From Planctomycetota bacterium (GTDB taxonomy: Bacteria > Planctomycetota > UBA1135 > UBA2386): 64,000 nt of DNA. The stretch covers positions 42,235 to 106,234 of the forward strand of contig JBNMNW010000001.1 of the NCBI GenBank assembly GCA_051278165.1. Reading direction: 5' to 3'. Positions 45,308 through 53,907 of this stretch are shown piece after piece (the stretch's first letter is position 1; every line of letters starts with the position of its first letter). The notes beneath the pieces are model-generated. The model was not told where the DNA came from and made no database searches. It worked only from the letters and a program-made list of their open reading frames with translations. The position numbers and the translations under genes were made by a program.

Positions 45308-46237
45308 TCACATCGAGCCGGGCTGGACACGCAGGGAGCGCCGCAGCGCGTCGGTTACGATCAGGTGCGGCACCGTTAGCGACGCCAGGCCGATGAACAC
45401 CATCTGCAGCCAGCGTCGCAGCGGCACCTGATCAGTCGGCAGCATGACCCAAACCAGAGCGCCAGCAGCGATGGTCGCGACCGTCATCGGCAGCGCGGAC
45501 CAACCGAAGCCGCCGAGCGCGCGCAGCCAAGGTCCAGGGCGCAGTTCTTGCGCGACGACCAGGATGTGACGCGGCGCATGCCAGATGCAAAAGTAGAGAC
45601 CGAACGACAGCAGCGGCGGCAGCAGCAGCCCAGCGACGGCCACTGCGAGGACTTCGACGAGCTCGCCCGCAGCACGGCGGGGCCGAAACACGAAGGCAGC
45701 CAGCATCAAGCTTGTCGCCAACAGCAGCGCTGGCCTTGCCTGACGCAGGATGTCATTCCACGCGGCGGCGTCACCATTGGTCAGCAGCGAGAACAGCTCG
45801 CCGACCGCTTCCGGATGAGCAATCGCTGGCATCAGAATCGGCAAGCTGCCGTGCACGAGCACTCCGAGTGGATCCTTCGCATCGCCGGTTCCAAAGTGAT
45901 GAACGGACATCACCAAAAAGACCACGAGGCTCACCGTCGGCAGCAGCCACCAGACAATGGCTACGGCGAGTGCCAGGGCCACATAGCCAAGCAGAAACGT
46001 CGGCAGCCAGATTGGCCCCAGCCGGCCGCGCAGAATCGGCGCCATGCGATGATGATCGACCGCGCCGTGCGGCACGCCGGTCAGCAACACTCCCACCCCG
46101 AGCAAGATCGCCTGCACGTGCGGTTCGAGATGGCTCGCCGGACCGGCGAAGAGCACGGCGCAAACGGTAGCTAGCAACGCGATGCGTCGATGGCGGCGGC
46201 CAGCCGCACGTTCGTCGATCGTAGCCACGGCGCTCAT
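45308..46237 (-). CDS. blh: Brp/Blh-family beta-carotene 15,15'-dioxygenase (retinal synthesis)
   Basis: Polytopic membrane protein with the conserved His sites GVPHGAVDHH, SVHHFGTGD and WHAPRH. The preferred start ATG 46237-46235 overlaps the crtY stop (ATGA). Confidence 0.85.
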   Translation of the reverse strand: MSAVATIDERAAGRRHRRIALLATVCAVLFAGPASHLEPHVQAILLGVGVLLTGVPHGAVDHHRMAPILRGRLGPIWLPTFLLGYVALALAVAIVWWLLPTVSLVVFLVMSVHHFGTGDAKDPLGVLVHGSLPILMPAIAHPEAVGELFSLLTNGDAAAWNDILRQARPALLLATSLMLAAFVFRPRRAAGELVEVLAVAVAGLLLPPLLSFGLYFCIWHAPRHILVVAQELRPGPWLRALGGFGWSALPMTVATIAAGALVWVMLPTDQVPLRRWLQMVFIGLASLTVPHLIVTDALRRSLRVQPGSM

Positions 46238-47415
46238 GCGGACCGCACCCACAGTCGCAGCGAGCGCATTGATTCACGGAGCATCGGCAGCTTGGGTAGC
46301 GCCATCGCGACCGCTGCCGCATCGCGCAGCGTGCTGCGGTCGGAGAGAAATCGCACCAGCACGTCCGGAGCCACCTTCTCAAACATGTGCAAGAACAGCT
46401 GCGGCATGCGCGCCGGATCGCGGCGCATGAACGCTAGGAACATACGATCCATCGCCAGCGCGCGGGCACTGCGTGGTGCTTGGCCGGTTGGCTTGCGGCC
46501 AGCGGCAAGATCCTCAGCAACCGCACGCGACCAGCGCTGCACCGCTTCGAACGAATACCCAGTGCTCGGCTTGACCAATCCTCCCGCAGTGCCGATTGGA
46601 ATCACGCGGGCATCTTCGGCTGGCACCAGCCGGCGCCGTGTGCTCATCGGCACGCGGCCGCGCTCCGTCGCGAGGATCTCGTAGGAGGGGCCACCGAGCA
46701 CCTCGCTGAAGTGCCCATGCAGCATCGCCTCGTGCTCAGCATCGGCAACCGCCGCCGGAGCAAACGCTGTCGCCTCGACCAGCGCTTCGTTCTGCGAGAA
46801 AGGCAACACGTACACGAAGCGCACGTCCGCGTCGCTCGCGTGGAAGCGCATCAGCGTCACAGTCTGAGCATCAAAGACCGGCTCTTCACTGCGTACGTGC
46901 CAGCCGAGGAAGTCCTGCACCCAATCGACCTCGTCACGATCGACGGTCGCGGTGGGCGGTTGCAATCGACTATCGAACACCATCGACGCCGACAGCACTT
47001 CGCCGCTCGCGACCTCGACCTCGGCCGCCTCGCCGACGTCACGCACCTCGCGCACGGCGCAACCGAGCCGCAACTCAGCGTTGGACGCCGCTGCGAGCCG
47101 CCGCAGCGCTTCGTCATAGAGCCGCCCCGAAGGGATGCAACGATACGGCTGACTGTCGCAACTCTGCACGTGCTCGCGGCCGTCAGCGGCAACCCGCCAG
47201 CGGGTCCACGAGTTTTCGATACAGTTGGTGAACGGGTGCGTTGGCTGGGCCCAACTGCACCAAAAGCGGTCGTGGCGATACTCGGTGCGCGCTTCGAGGA
47301 CCAACAGCCGACGCTCGCCGATGCCCTGCTCAAGCAAATGGCACGCTAGGCTTAGACCGGCAAGACCACCACCAACGATGATGATGTCCGCAGCTAGCTT
47401 GCGATCGGCACTCAT
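46234..47415 (-). CDS. crtY: lycopene beta-cyclase (CrtY type)
   Basis: N-terminal FAD fold DIIIVGGGLAGLSLA, ~390 aa, with the PIGTAGGLVKPSTGYSF motif. It sits between crtB and blh, and its start overlaps the crtB stop (ATGA at 47412-47415). Confidence 0.85.
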   Translation of the reverse strand: MSADRKLAADIIIVGGGLAGLSLACHLLEQGIGERRLLVLEARTEYRHDRFWCSWAQPTHPFTNCIENSWTRWRVAADGREHVQSCDSQPYRCIPSGRLYDEALRRLAAASNAELRLGCAVREVRDVGEAAEVEVASGEVLSASMVFDSRLQPPTATVDRDEVDWVQDFLGWHVRSEEPVFDAQTVTLMRFHASDADVRFVYVLPFSQNEALVEATAFAPAAVADAEHEAMLHGHFSEVLGGPSYEILATERGRVPMSTRRRLVPAEDARVIPIGTAGGLVKPSTGYSFEAVQRWSRAVAEDLAAGRKPTGQAPRSARALAMDRMFLAFMRRDPARMPQLFLHMFEKVAPDVLVRFLSDRSTLRDAAAVAMALPKLPMLRESMRSLRLWVRSA

Positions 47416-48380
47416 GCTGGATCGATTTCGGGCAAGCCGTGCAGATCCGCATGCAACCTAGGATCGTGAGAAGCCGTCGGCCCGCTCGGCCAGAAACGCG
47501 GATAGATCACGAGAGCAGAGAGTGCGCGCGCCGTGTGCCAAAGCTTGCCGCCAGCGTTCACATGACAGCGCCGCTGCCAGTAGTCCGGACCGCGGCGTCG
47601 AATGACGGCGCCAATGCCTTCATAGATGCGGCTCGCGGCCAGGATCGCCGCGCGGGCGCGCCATGGCAGGTAGCGCATGCCGTGGTCGGCGCTGCGGTAA
47701 TAGAGCGCCGCGAGATCGAGCACATCTGCCACCGCCGACCGCGCGTCCGAGCGCACGCCAACGCTGTCGTGACGCAGAGACTCGGACGAAATGTGCTTAG
47801 CCATAGGCACGTAGATGCGGCCTCGGCCAGCGTCTTCGAGCACGTCACGTGAGATGTTGGTCAGCTGCATCGCGATGCCTAGATCGATTGCGAACGCCCG
47901 CCCCCGGCGGTCGCTGCAGCCAAGCACGTCGCACATCATCAGCCCGACTGTCGACGCGACCCCAAAGGCATAGCGCACCAGCTGCCGACGATCACGAAAC
48001 CGCACGGCTCCGGTGTCACGCTGCAGCGTGTCGAGCAGCACGTCGACCACAACCGGGTCGATGCGGCAGCGCTGCATGAGTGCGGCGAAGGCGCTGACCA
48101 CGTCGACTGCGACCGACGGGCCTGATTCGTCCCCACCCGCCAGACGGGCGCGCAGCGCGACGATCTCGGCCCGTCCCTCGACCGGCGGTAGTTCGTCGAC
48201 GAGATCGTCGGCGTGGCGACAGAACGCATAGAGTGTTGCCGCGTCTTGAGCATGCTGCTTCGTCAGGAACGCACTCGCCCAGTGGAAGCTGCGACCGTGA
48301 TGGGCCAGAACAGCCGCAGAGTCGCTAGCGGCCATTGGCTGACCTCTAGGCTGACTCGCTGCCGGAACCGGGCTCGCCAT
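47412..48380 (-). CDS. crtB: phytoene synthase
   Basis: GRSFHWASAFL, YAFCRHADDLVDE (first Asp-rich motif) and NISRDVLEDAGRGRIY (second). The preferred start ATG 48380-48378 shares 1 nt with the crtI stop. The tracked ORF 5' extension overlaps crtI. Confidence 0.9.
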   Translation of the reverse strand: MASPVPAASQPRGQPMAASDSAAVLAHHGRSFHWASAFLTKQHAQDAATLYAFCRHADDLVDELPPVEGRAEIVALRARLAGGDESGPSVAVDVVSAFAALMQRCRIDPVVVDVLLDTLQRDTGAVRFRDRRQLVRYAFGVASTVGLMMCDVLGCSDRRGRAFAIDLGIAMQLTNISRDVLEDAGRGRIYVPMAKHISSESLRHDSVGVRSDARSAVADVLDLAALYYRSADHGMRYLPWRARAAILAASRIYEGIGAVIRRRGPDYWQRRCHVNAGGKLWHTARALSALVIYPRFWPSGPTASHDPRLHADLHGLPEIDPA

Positions 48381-49990
48381 CAGCGCACCACGCGGCCCGC
48401 ATTGCCAGCCTGAAACACATCTGGCGACGGCACAACCCGGTCGAGCACCTTCGCCGACGAAAGCACCCCTGGCACACCCGCGCCGGGATGCGTGCCTGCT
48501 CCGACCAGGAACAAGTTCTCGAGCTCTTCCGAGCGGTTGTGGAAGCGGAACCATGCTGACTGCTGCAGCAGCGGTTGGATCGAGAAGCCGGCACCGTTGA
48601 CCGACAGGTAGCGATCTCCGAAATCCTGCGGCGTCATGTGGAAGCGCACCGCCAGCGATTCGCGCAGTCCTGGCATCATGGTGCGCTCGAGCGCCTCCAG
48701 GATGCGATCGCCATATGACTCGGCCTGTTCCGACCAGTCGATGCCTGATTTGAGGTTGGGCACTGGCGACAGCACGTAGAACGTGTCACATCCCGGCGGC
48801 GCCATGCCTGGATCGGTCGCGGTCGGCCGATGCAGATACAGGCTGAAGTCGTCAGACAGCACCTTCTTCTCGAAGATATCGTGCAGCAGCCCGCGGTAGC
48901 GCGGCCCCATCGAGATCGTGTGGTGCGCGATGTCCGAGTACTGCCGACGGGTGCCAAAGTGCAGCACGAACAATCCCATCGAGTAGCGCAGGCGGTCGAG
49001 CTTGCGCTTGGTCCAGCGACGCTTCTTGCCCGGCACCATGCTGCGGTAGAGGTGGGGCGCATCCGCATTGCTGACCACGATATCGGCGGGCAGTTCACGG
49101 CCGCCTGCCAGCAGCACGCCGGTTGCCCGACCTCCGTCAGTCGTGATCTGCTCGACGGTCTCGCCGAGCCGCACTTCGATGCCCTGGCGCTCCATCAAGG
49201 ACCCGAGAGCCTTCACCAACGCGCCGGTGCCGCCCATCGGAAAGTGCACGCCCCACTGTCGTTCGAGGAAGTGGATTAGCGAGTAGATCGACGTCGTATC
49301 AAATGGGTTGCCGCCAACCAGCAGCGGCTGGATACTGAACGCTTGCCGCAGCTGCGGGTTCTTCAGGTGGCGTTTGACGAGGCCGTAGACGGACCGGTCG
49401 CTACGCAACCGCAACAGCTGTGGCAGCAGCTTGAGCATGGTCGAGAACCGGTCAAATGGACGGTCTGCCAGGCCCGTGAAGCCAACATCGAAGATCCGCT
49501 TACTCGTTTCGAGCAGCTTCAAGTAGCCCGCCTGATCGCGTGGCTCGAAGCGAGCAATCTCCGCTAGCGTCTGTTCAATGGTGCCGCCGTAATCAAACGT
49601 TTTGCCGTCGTCAAAGCGAAACCTATACCAAGGCTCTACCGGTCGCAGATCCACGTGATCTGCCATGTTCTCGGAGAACAGTGAGAACAATTCTTCTAAT
49701 AGAAAAGGTGCGGTGATGACGGTTGGGCCACCGTCAAAAACAAAGCCATCGCGCTCGAACACCTGCGCGCGCCCACCGAGCATCGGGCAACGATCGACGA
49801 GTGTGACGCGATAGCCCCGGGCCCGCAAACGCAGAGCCGCAGCCATGCCCCCGAAGCCGGCGCCGATCACCACCGCGTGAGCTCCCTGGCCGGATGCGGC
49901 GAAGGCCGTGCCGCGTCCTATCGTTTGCGCGCCATCGATTGGGACGCCATCCTTCGGAACCCCGCTCGGCCGGACTTGCGAGGTTGTCAT
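48380..49990 (-). CDS. crtI: phytoene desaturase
   Basis: N-terminal dinucleotide fold AVVIGAGFGGMAAALRL. About 536 aa. C-terminal LVGAGTHPGAGVPGVLSSAK is typical of CrtI. Confidence 0.92.
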   Translation of the reverse strand: MTTSQVRPSGVPKDGVPIDGAQTIGRGTAFAASGQGAHAVVIGAGFGGMAAALRLRARGYRVTLVDRCPMLGGRAQVFERDGFVFDGGPTVITAPFLLEELFSLFSENMADHVDLRPVEPWYRFRFDDGKTFDYGGTIEQTLAEIARFEPRDQAGYLKLLETSKRIFDVGFTGLADRPFDRFSTMLKLLPQLLRLRSDRSVYGLVKRHLKNPQLRQAFSIQPLLVGGNPFDTTSIYSLIHFLERQWGVHFPMGGTGALVKALGSLMERQGIEVRLGETVEQITTDGGRATGVLLAGGRELPADIVVSNADAPHLYRSMVPGKKRRWTKRKLDRLRYSMGLFVLHFGTRRQYSDIAHHTISMGPRYRGLLHDIFEKKVLSDDFSLYLHRPTATDPGMAPPGCDTFYVLSPVPNLKSGIDWSEQAESYGDRILEALERTMMPGLRESLAVRFHMTPQDFGDRYLSVNGAGFSIQPLLQQSAWFRFHNRSEELENLFLVGAGTHPGAGVPGVLSSAKVLDRVVPSPDVFQAGNAGRVVR

Positions 49991-50994
49991 TCTGCCACCT
50001 CAAAAGAAGTGTCGGAGTCATCACCCGTACGGGTGCAGGCGGGCAAACTGCGCTCGAAGCGCAGCACTTCGCCATGAAGCAGCCCGACGCAGTCGGCGGG
50101 CAGGACAGACCAGCAGCTACGCGCCGCCGTCAGCAGTTCGTCAATGCGCGCTATGGTGCGCTCGATCGCTCCGCTTTCGCGGATGGCCCGAACCCATGGC
50201 ATGACATCGGCGGTGCGCCGCTCGCGAGCCGAGAGCAACTGAAGTAGATGCTCTTTGCTCGATTGTGTGGTGTGCTCAAGAAAGTCGATCGCGGGCCACG
50301 TGAGTTTGCCTTCGCGCAGATCAGCTCCCGCTTCACCGCGTTGCTTCCGGTCGAGTAAATCGGCGACGTCATCGGCTAGCTGGTAGGCGGTGCCGAGCAA
50401 CAGCCCACCTTCACGCATCGCCGCAACGTCGCGTTCTTTGAGACCGGCCAGGATCGCCGCGCACTCGAGTGGCAGCGCCAGCAGCGGCCCCGTCTTGTCG
50501 CTAGCGATGCGCTCGTAGCGATCTCGTTCAAGACTCAGATCTTCGCGGTGCAGAATCTCATCTGACTGACCGCACGCTATCCGACTGGTCGCGACAGCGA
50601 ACACCTGCACGAGCCGGATGCGCCGCTCGGCTGGCGCCGGCAGCTTGGCTAAACATGCAAACGCACACGCCAAAAGATGGTCACCAAGGTTGATGGCGAC
50701 AGGCTCGCCGAAGCGAACCCACACCGTTTCGCGACCACGTCGCAGGACATCTCTATCCTGAATATCGTCGTGTACTAACGACGCGTTATGCAGCAATTCA
50801 CAAGCCACGCCGAGGTCGCGTGCGCCTGGCGTATCAACGCCAAGGCGCGACGCGACCGTCTGCGCGAGGCCGCCCCGCAATTGCTTGCCTGGGCGGGCTA
50901 AGTGGTATCGAGCAGCGGCACCAAGGATGCCTCCGAGGCGGGCGGCTTGCTGAACGCTCTCGTGAAGGATTTCCTGCTGATCGACTGCTGACAT
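49987..50994 (-). CDS. crtE: polyprenyl (geranylgeranyl) diphosphate synthase
   Basis: LLHNASLVHDDIQDRD (first DDxxD) and YQLADDVADL (second). GAGGTG lies 7 nt upstream of the ATG. The stop overlaps the crtI start (ATGA at 49987-49990). Confidence 0.88.
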   Translation of the reverse strand: MSAVDQQEILHESVQQAARLGGILGAAARYHLARPGKQLRGGLAQTVASRLGVDTPGARDLGVACELLHNASLVHDDIQDRDVLRRGRETVWVRFGEPVAINLGDHLLACAFACLAKLPAPAERRIRLVQVFAVATSRIACGQSDEILHREDLSLERDRYERIASDKTGPLLALPLECAAILAGLKERDVAAMREGGLLLGTAYQLADDVADLLDRKQRGEAGADLREGKLTWPAIDFLEHTTQSSKEHLLQLLSARERRTADVMPWVRAIRESGAIERTIARIDELLTAARSCWSVLPADCVGLLHGEVLRFERSLPACTRTGDDSDTSFEVAE

Positions 50995-51044
50995 AGCGTG
51001 TCACCTCATTACTGGGTTTCGTGATCCAGACATCCGGGCCGCGC

Positions 51045-51833
51045 TTACGCGGCCTTGCTCGAAGCTTCCGATCCGTCGGAACCAACCACGTAGCCGTCGG
51101 CATCAGACTTCTCGCGAGCGATGAAGTAGATGTAGATGCCGAGACCGACCTTCGCAGTAATGTCGGCGATCGTGTAGCCAACTTGCAGCGTCACTTGGCC
51201 AGCAGAGTCGCTGAGGCCCAGCACCGTCGCCAAGTAAGCAATCGGGTAGAAGCTCCAGGTGATCAGGATCAGGCCGCGTGCCTTCTTGATGATCGGTTGC
51301 ACCGAGCTCGGCTGGCTGTTGACAGCGCTACCGAACGTCGTGAACAGGGTGAACATGATGAACAGGAACGGGATCATCGATAGCACCCACCAGAGCCATT
51401 TACCGCCGGCTTCGGTTGCAACTTCGCCGGGGTAGCCGAGCACGATCATCAACGCCGCCGCGATCGACAGACGCATCGACATGCTGCGTGAGGCTACCTT
51501 GGCTAGGCCCAATACAGCGACCAGTTCGATCACCAAAAGCGGCACGGTCAACAGCCAGTCGGCATAGCGATAGGCATCGTTAAACAGCTCGCCAGACGCA
51601 ACATAGTTGCCATCCACGAGCATGTAGGAAGCGTCAAAGCTGTGGGCGATTCGGAAGTAGTGGTAGCACGCGATCGTTGGCACGAGGGCCGAGATCAGTA
51701 GCGCTGGGCGATACTTCGGTGCGACTTGCGAGCGGGAGAAGAAGAAGAACAGCGCGCCAGCAAACATCGCCGCAATGCAGAGCGACATGACGTTGTAGAC
51801 GAGGCTGAACTCGGTAGGAGTTAAGGTTGGCAT
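51045..51833 (-). CDS. microbial (type 1) rhodopsin, xanthorhodopsin/Gloeobacter-rhodopsin clade, predicted outward proton pump
   Basis: The preferred start is ATG 51833-51831 (MPTLTPTEFSLVYNV; 262 aa, 7 TM). Helix C is RYADWLLTVPLLVIE (D92/T96/E103 = DTE). H58 lies in CYHYFRI. Helix G is YTIADITAK (D224, Schiff-base K228). It aligns without gaps, at a constant offset of 29, to Gloeobacter rhodopsin recalled from memory. Confidence 0.93.
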   Translation of the reverse strand: MPTLTPTEFSLVYNVMSLCIAAMFAGALFFFFSRSQVAPKYRPALLISALVPTIACYHYFRIAHSFDASYMLVDGNYVASGELFNDAYRYADWLLTVPLLVIELVAVLGLAKVASRSMSMRLSIAAALMIVLGYPGEVATEAGGKWLWWVLSMIPFLFIMFTLFTTFGSAVNSQPSSVQPIIKKARGLILITWSFYPIAYLATVLGLSDSAGQVTLQVGYTIADITAKVGLGIYIYFIAREKSDADGYVVGSDGSEASSKAA

Positions 51834-52156
51834 AGCAGCGTTTTGAAATGGTTGTTGTGGGGTCAGAATCGTTATGCGCCTAAGGGTTCGCAGATCGATG
51901 GTCATCCGGATGCACGCGAAACCTTGTTTTCCGAGTCGCTGTGAGAGACCTCGCAAGCTGCGCATCCGCCCGAATATCGAGATGAAATTCGCGCCGCGGA
52001 CAATCGCAGACGGGTTAGGTCAATGACGAGGACAGGGCGCCCAGCACGGCGTGGCGTCGTCACGCCAATTTGATCAACGCCTTCATTCCCAGCGGTAGAC
52101 CGCCTTGCCGCATGGTTAGCGGAGAGCGCGATCCCGACGGATCCAGCAGATCGTGA

Positions 52157-52594
52157 ATGCGAAGGTTCGGATCTCGACGCCAACGCGTAGTGCGCAACCG
52201 CTACCGTTTGCGCGTGCGATACGTCCAAACGCTCAGTGCCTATCTCCTTGCTGTGCCGTTGATCGGCTCCGCCATCAACCACGTCTTCCAACTGGTCGAG
52301 CCACCCATGGATGACGGTTCGCGCGGCGCGCAGATGTGGCAAATCATCCGCGACGGTGGGCTGATGACCTGGCTCGCAACCGGGCACGCGCTGCTCGGCA
52401 TGCTGCTACTTCTGCCGCGCACGCGCTTCGCGGCGGGCATGCTGCAACTCCCGGTCACGCTGGGCATCGTAGCCTTCAACCTGACGATGTTTCCGGCAGG
52501 AGTCGCGCTGGCGCTGGGGATGCTCGCCGTCAATCTGGCCGTCGTTCTGCGGCCCGCGGACCTTCACCGTCTACTGGCGACAGCGAGGGCCTAA
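52157..52594 (+). CDS. small membrane protein (DoxX-like topology)
   Basis: 145 aa with strong G/C third-position bias. After an Arg-rich N-terminus come four hydrophobic segments. Family assignment is tentative, and the start may be an internal GTG. Confidence 0.55.
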   Translation: MRRFGSRRQRVVRNRYRLRVRYVQTLSAYLLAVPLIGSAINHVFQLVEPPMDDGSRGAQMWQIIRDGGLMTWLATGHALLGMLLLLPRTRFAAGMLQLPVTLGIVAFNLTMFPAGVALALGMLAVNLAVVLRPADLHRLLATARA

Positions 52595-52679
52595 TTCCGC
52601 ATAGGCCTCCAATCCACAGAGGCCACAAACACAAGATGCTTCAGCCACGGCAAGCCTGGCTCGCTGACCGCGCGCGCTG

Positions 52680-53054
52680 CTACACGTAGGGAACCGCGCA
52701 GATCACGATGCACATGATCAGCATGAGCGTGGCCGGGACATACTTAGAAGCCGGATCACCGACTTTCATGTGCATAGCGAACGCACCTGCCATCAGCACG
52801 GCAACGACCGCAGCGGCGGGCACGACGACCGGTTCGTAGGCGAAGCCGACCAGCAGCAGAACTCCGGCCAGGATCTTTAGGCCGCCGACGATGTAGAACA
52901 CCGAGCTTGGCAACCCATAGGTTGCGAACTCTTCTTTAAGGTTCTTGGCGTCGCCGCCGCGGAAGGCAGTCGCGCTGCGAGGGCGAACGAGCCAAACGTT
53001 GAGGAGACCTAGGCCGACGATGGCCTGAAGAATGGAAGCGAGTCCGTCGAGCAT
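52680..53054 (-). CDS. DoxX-like family membrane protein
   Basis: 124 aa with 4 TM. EEFATYGLPSSVFYIVGGLKILAGVLLLVG...MAGAFAMHMKVGD fits the DoxX-like (DoxX_2) pattern. Confidence 0.65.
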   Translation of the reverse strand: MLDGLASILQAIVGLGLLNVWLVRPRSATAFRGGDAKNLKEEFATYGLPSSVFYIVGGLKILAGVLLLVGFAYEPVVVPAAAVVAVLMAGAFAMHMKVGDPASKYVPATLMLIMCIVICAVPYV

Positions 53055-53087
53055 TGCCCTAGCCTAATCTGCCGCTCCCTATCGCGC

Positions 53088-53465
53088 ATGCAGCGAGGAA
53101 ATCAAGAGCACGTTCCCATGCAGATTACTTTCGAAGTCGCCCGCGCCATCTCGATCCTCGCGTTCCTGTTCTACGGAGTGACTTGCCTAGTCACGACGCG
53201 CATGGTTGCCGAGTTCCAGCGCTACGGCCTAGGGCGATTCCGCCGGTTGGTCGGCGCTCTCCAGTTCATCGGCGCCGTTGGGATGCTCGCGGGCTATGCG
53301 TATCAATCGTTGCTGATTGTCTCCGCCGCAGGCCTGACACTCCTGATGCTGCTGGGGATCGCCACGCGCATCCGGATCGGCGACACCCTGATTCAGACGC
53401 TCCCGGCGATGGTCTTCTTCGTCGTTAACGGCTTCATCCTAGTCGTCGCGCTGCAGGCAATGTGA
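53088..53465 (+). CDS. DoxX-like family membrane protein
   Basis: 125 aa with 4 TM. AEFQRYGLGRFRRLVGALQFIGAVGMLAG...LLGIATRIRIGD follows the same pattern as the 52680-53054 product. The start may be M11. Confidence 0.65.
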   Translation: MQRGNQEHVPMQITFEVARAISILAFLFYGVTCLVTTRMVAEFQRYGLGRFRRLVGALQFIGAVGMLAGYAYQSLLIVSAAGLTLLMLLGIATRIRIGDTLIQTLPAMVFFVVNGFILVVALQAM

Positions 53466-53907
53466 CCGACGAGCCTGCGGTCCCTTTGCGGCACCCGCTT
53501 GGCTGTGAGTCGGGGTCGTGAACCGGGCCACTGCCGCGCCTGAAGCGACCTGGATCAGCGGCTTGCAAACTCGAAGCGATCGTCACATCTTTCGGCGCTG
53601 ACGGCAGCTTCGATCAGGAGGTATTGCGGCCTACGTCACGTGTTATAGCAAGCATGCCCATCGTCGCGGCAGGCGCCGCGTTCGGTATCGCCTCGGCAAC
53701 TCCGGCGATCGAGTGCGTCTTCGGACAATAGGCACCCCAGGCACTGCCCCTGCTAGCCGCAGGCAGCTAGTTGCGCCCAATCCGGCACTAGTTCCCCGGC
53801 TTCGACCAGCCGTAAGACGCCGCGCCCAACCCGGGTCGGCTAAGCTTCACCCCCCCATCGTGTCGAAGGGATCATGGGGCCTCGGGCTCCATAGGAAAGG
53901 CGCCCAA

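Noticed and set aside
46480-47349. 289-aa plus-strand ORF inside the carotenoid cluster
   Set aside because: Antisense to crtY, which has the FAD-binding N-terminus and operon-consistent overlaps. The same reasoning applies to 45548..46174 (antisense to blh), 59827..60660 (cyclophilin), 39475..40197 (GGDEF gene), 22010..22801 (ispG) and 56275..56910 (BamD-like).
51045-51833. Idea that the opsin operon is a recent horizontal acquisition, based on base composition
   Set aside because: Hand counts of three 60-nt lines in the opsin gene gave 57-62% GC, against 63% for one crtI line. That difference is readily explained by the Phe/Ile/Tyr-rich membrane-protein composition. No flanking integrase, tRNA or direct repeats were seen.
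53654-53731. 25-aa hydrophobic mini-ORF (MPIVAAGAAFGIASATPAIECVFGQ) upstream of the CNNM-family gene
   Set aside because: The nearest Shine-Dalgarno-like GGAGG is ~30 nt away, and nothing distinguishes it from chance in a high-GC spacer.
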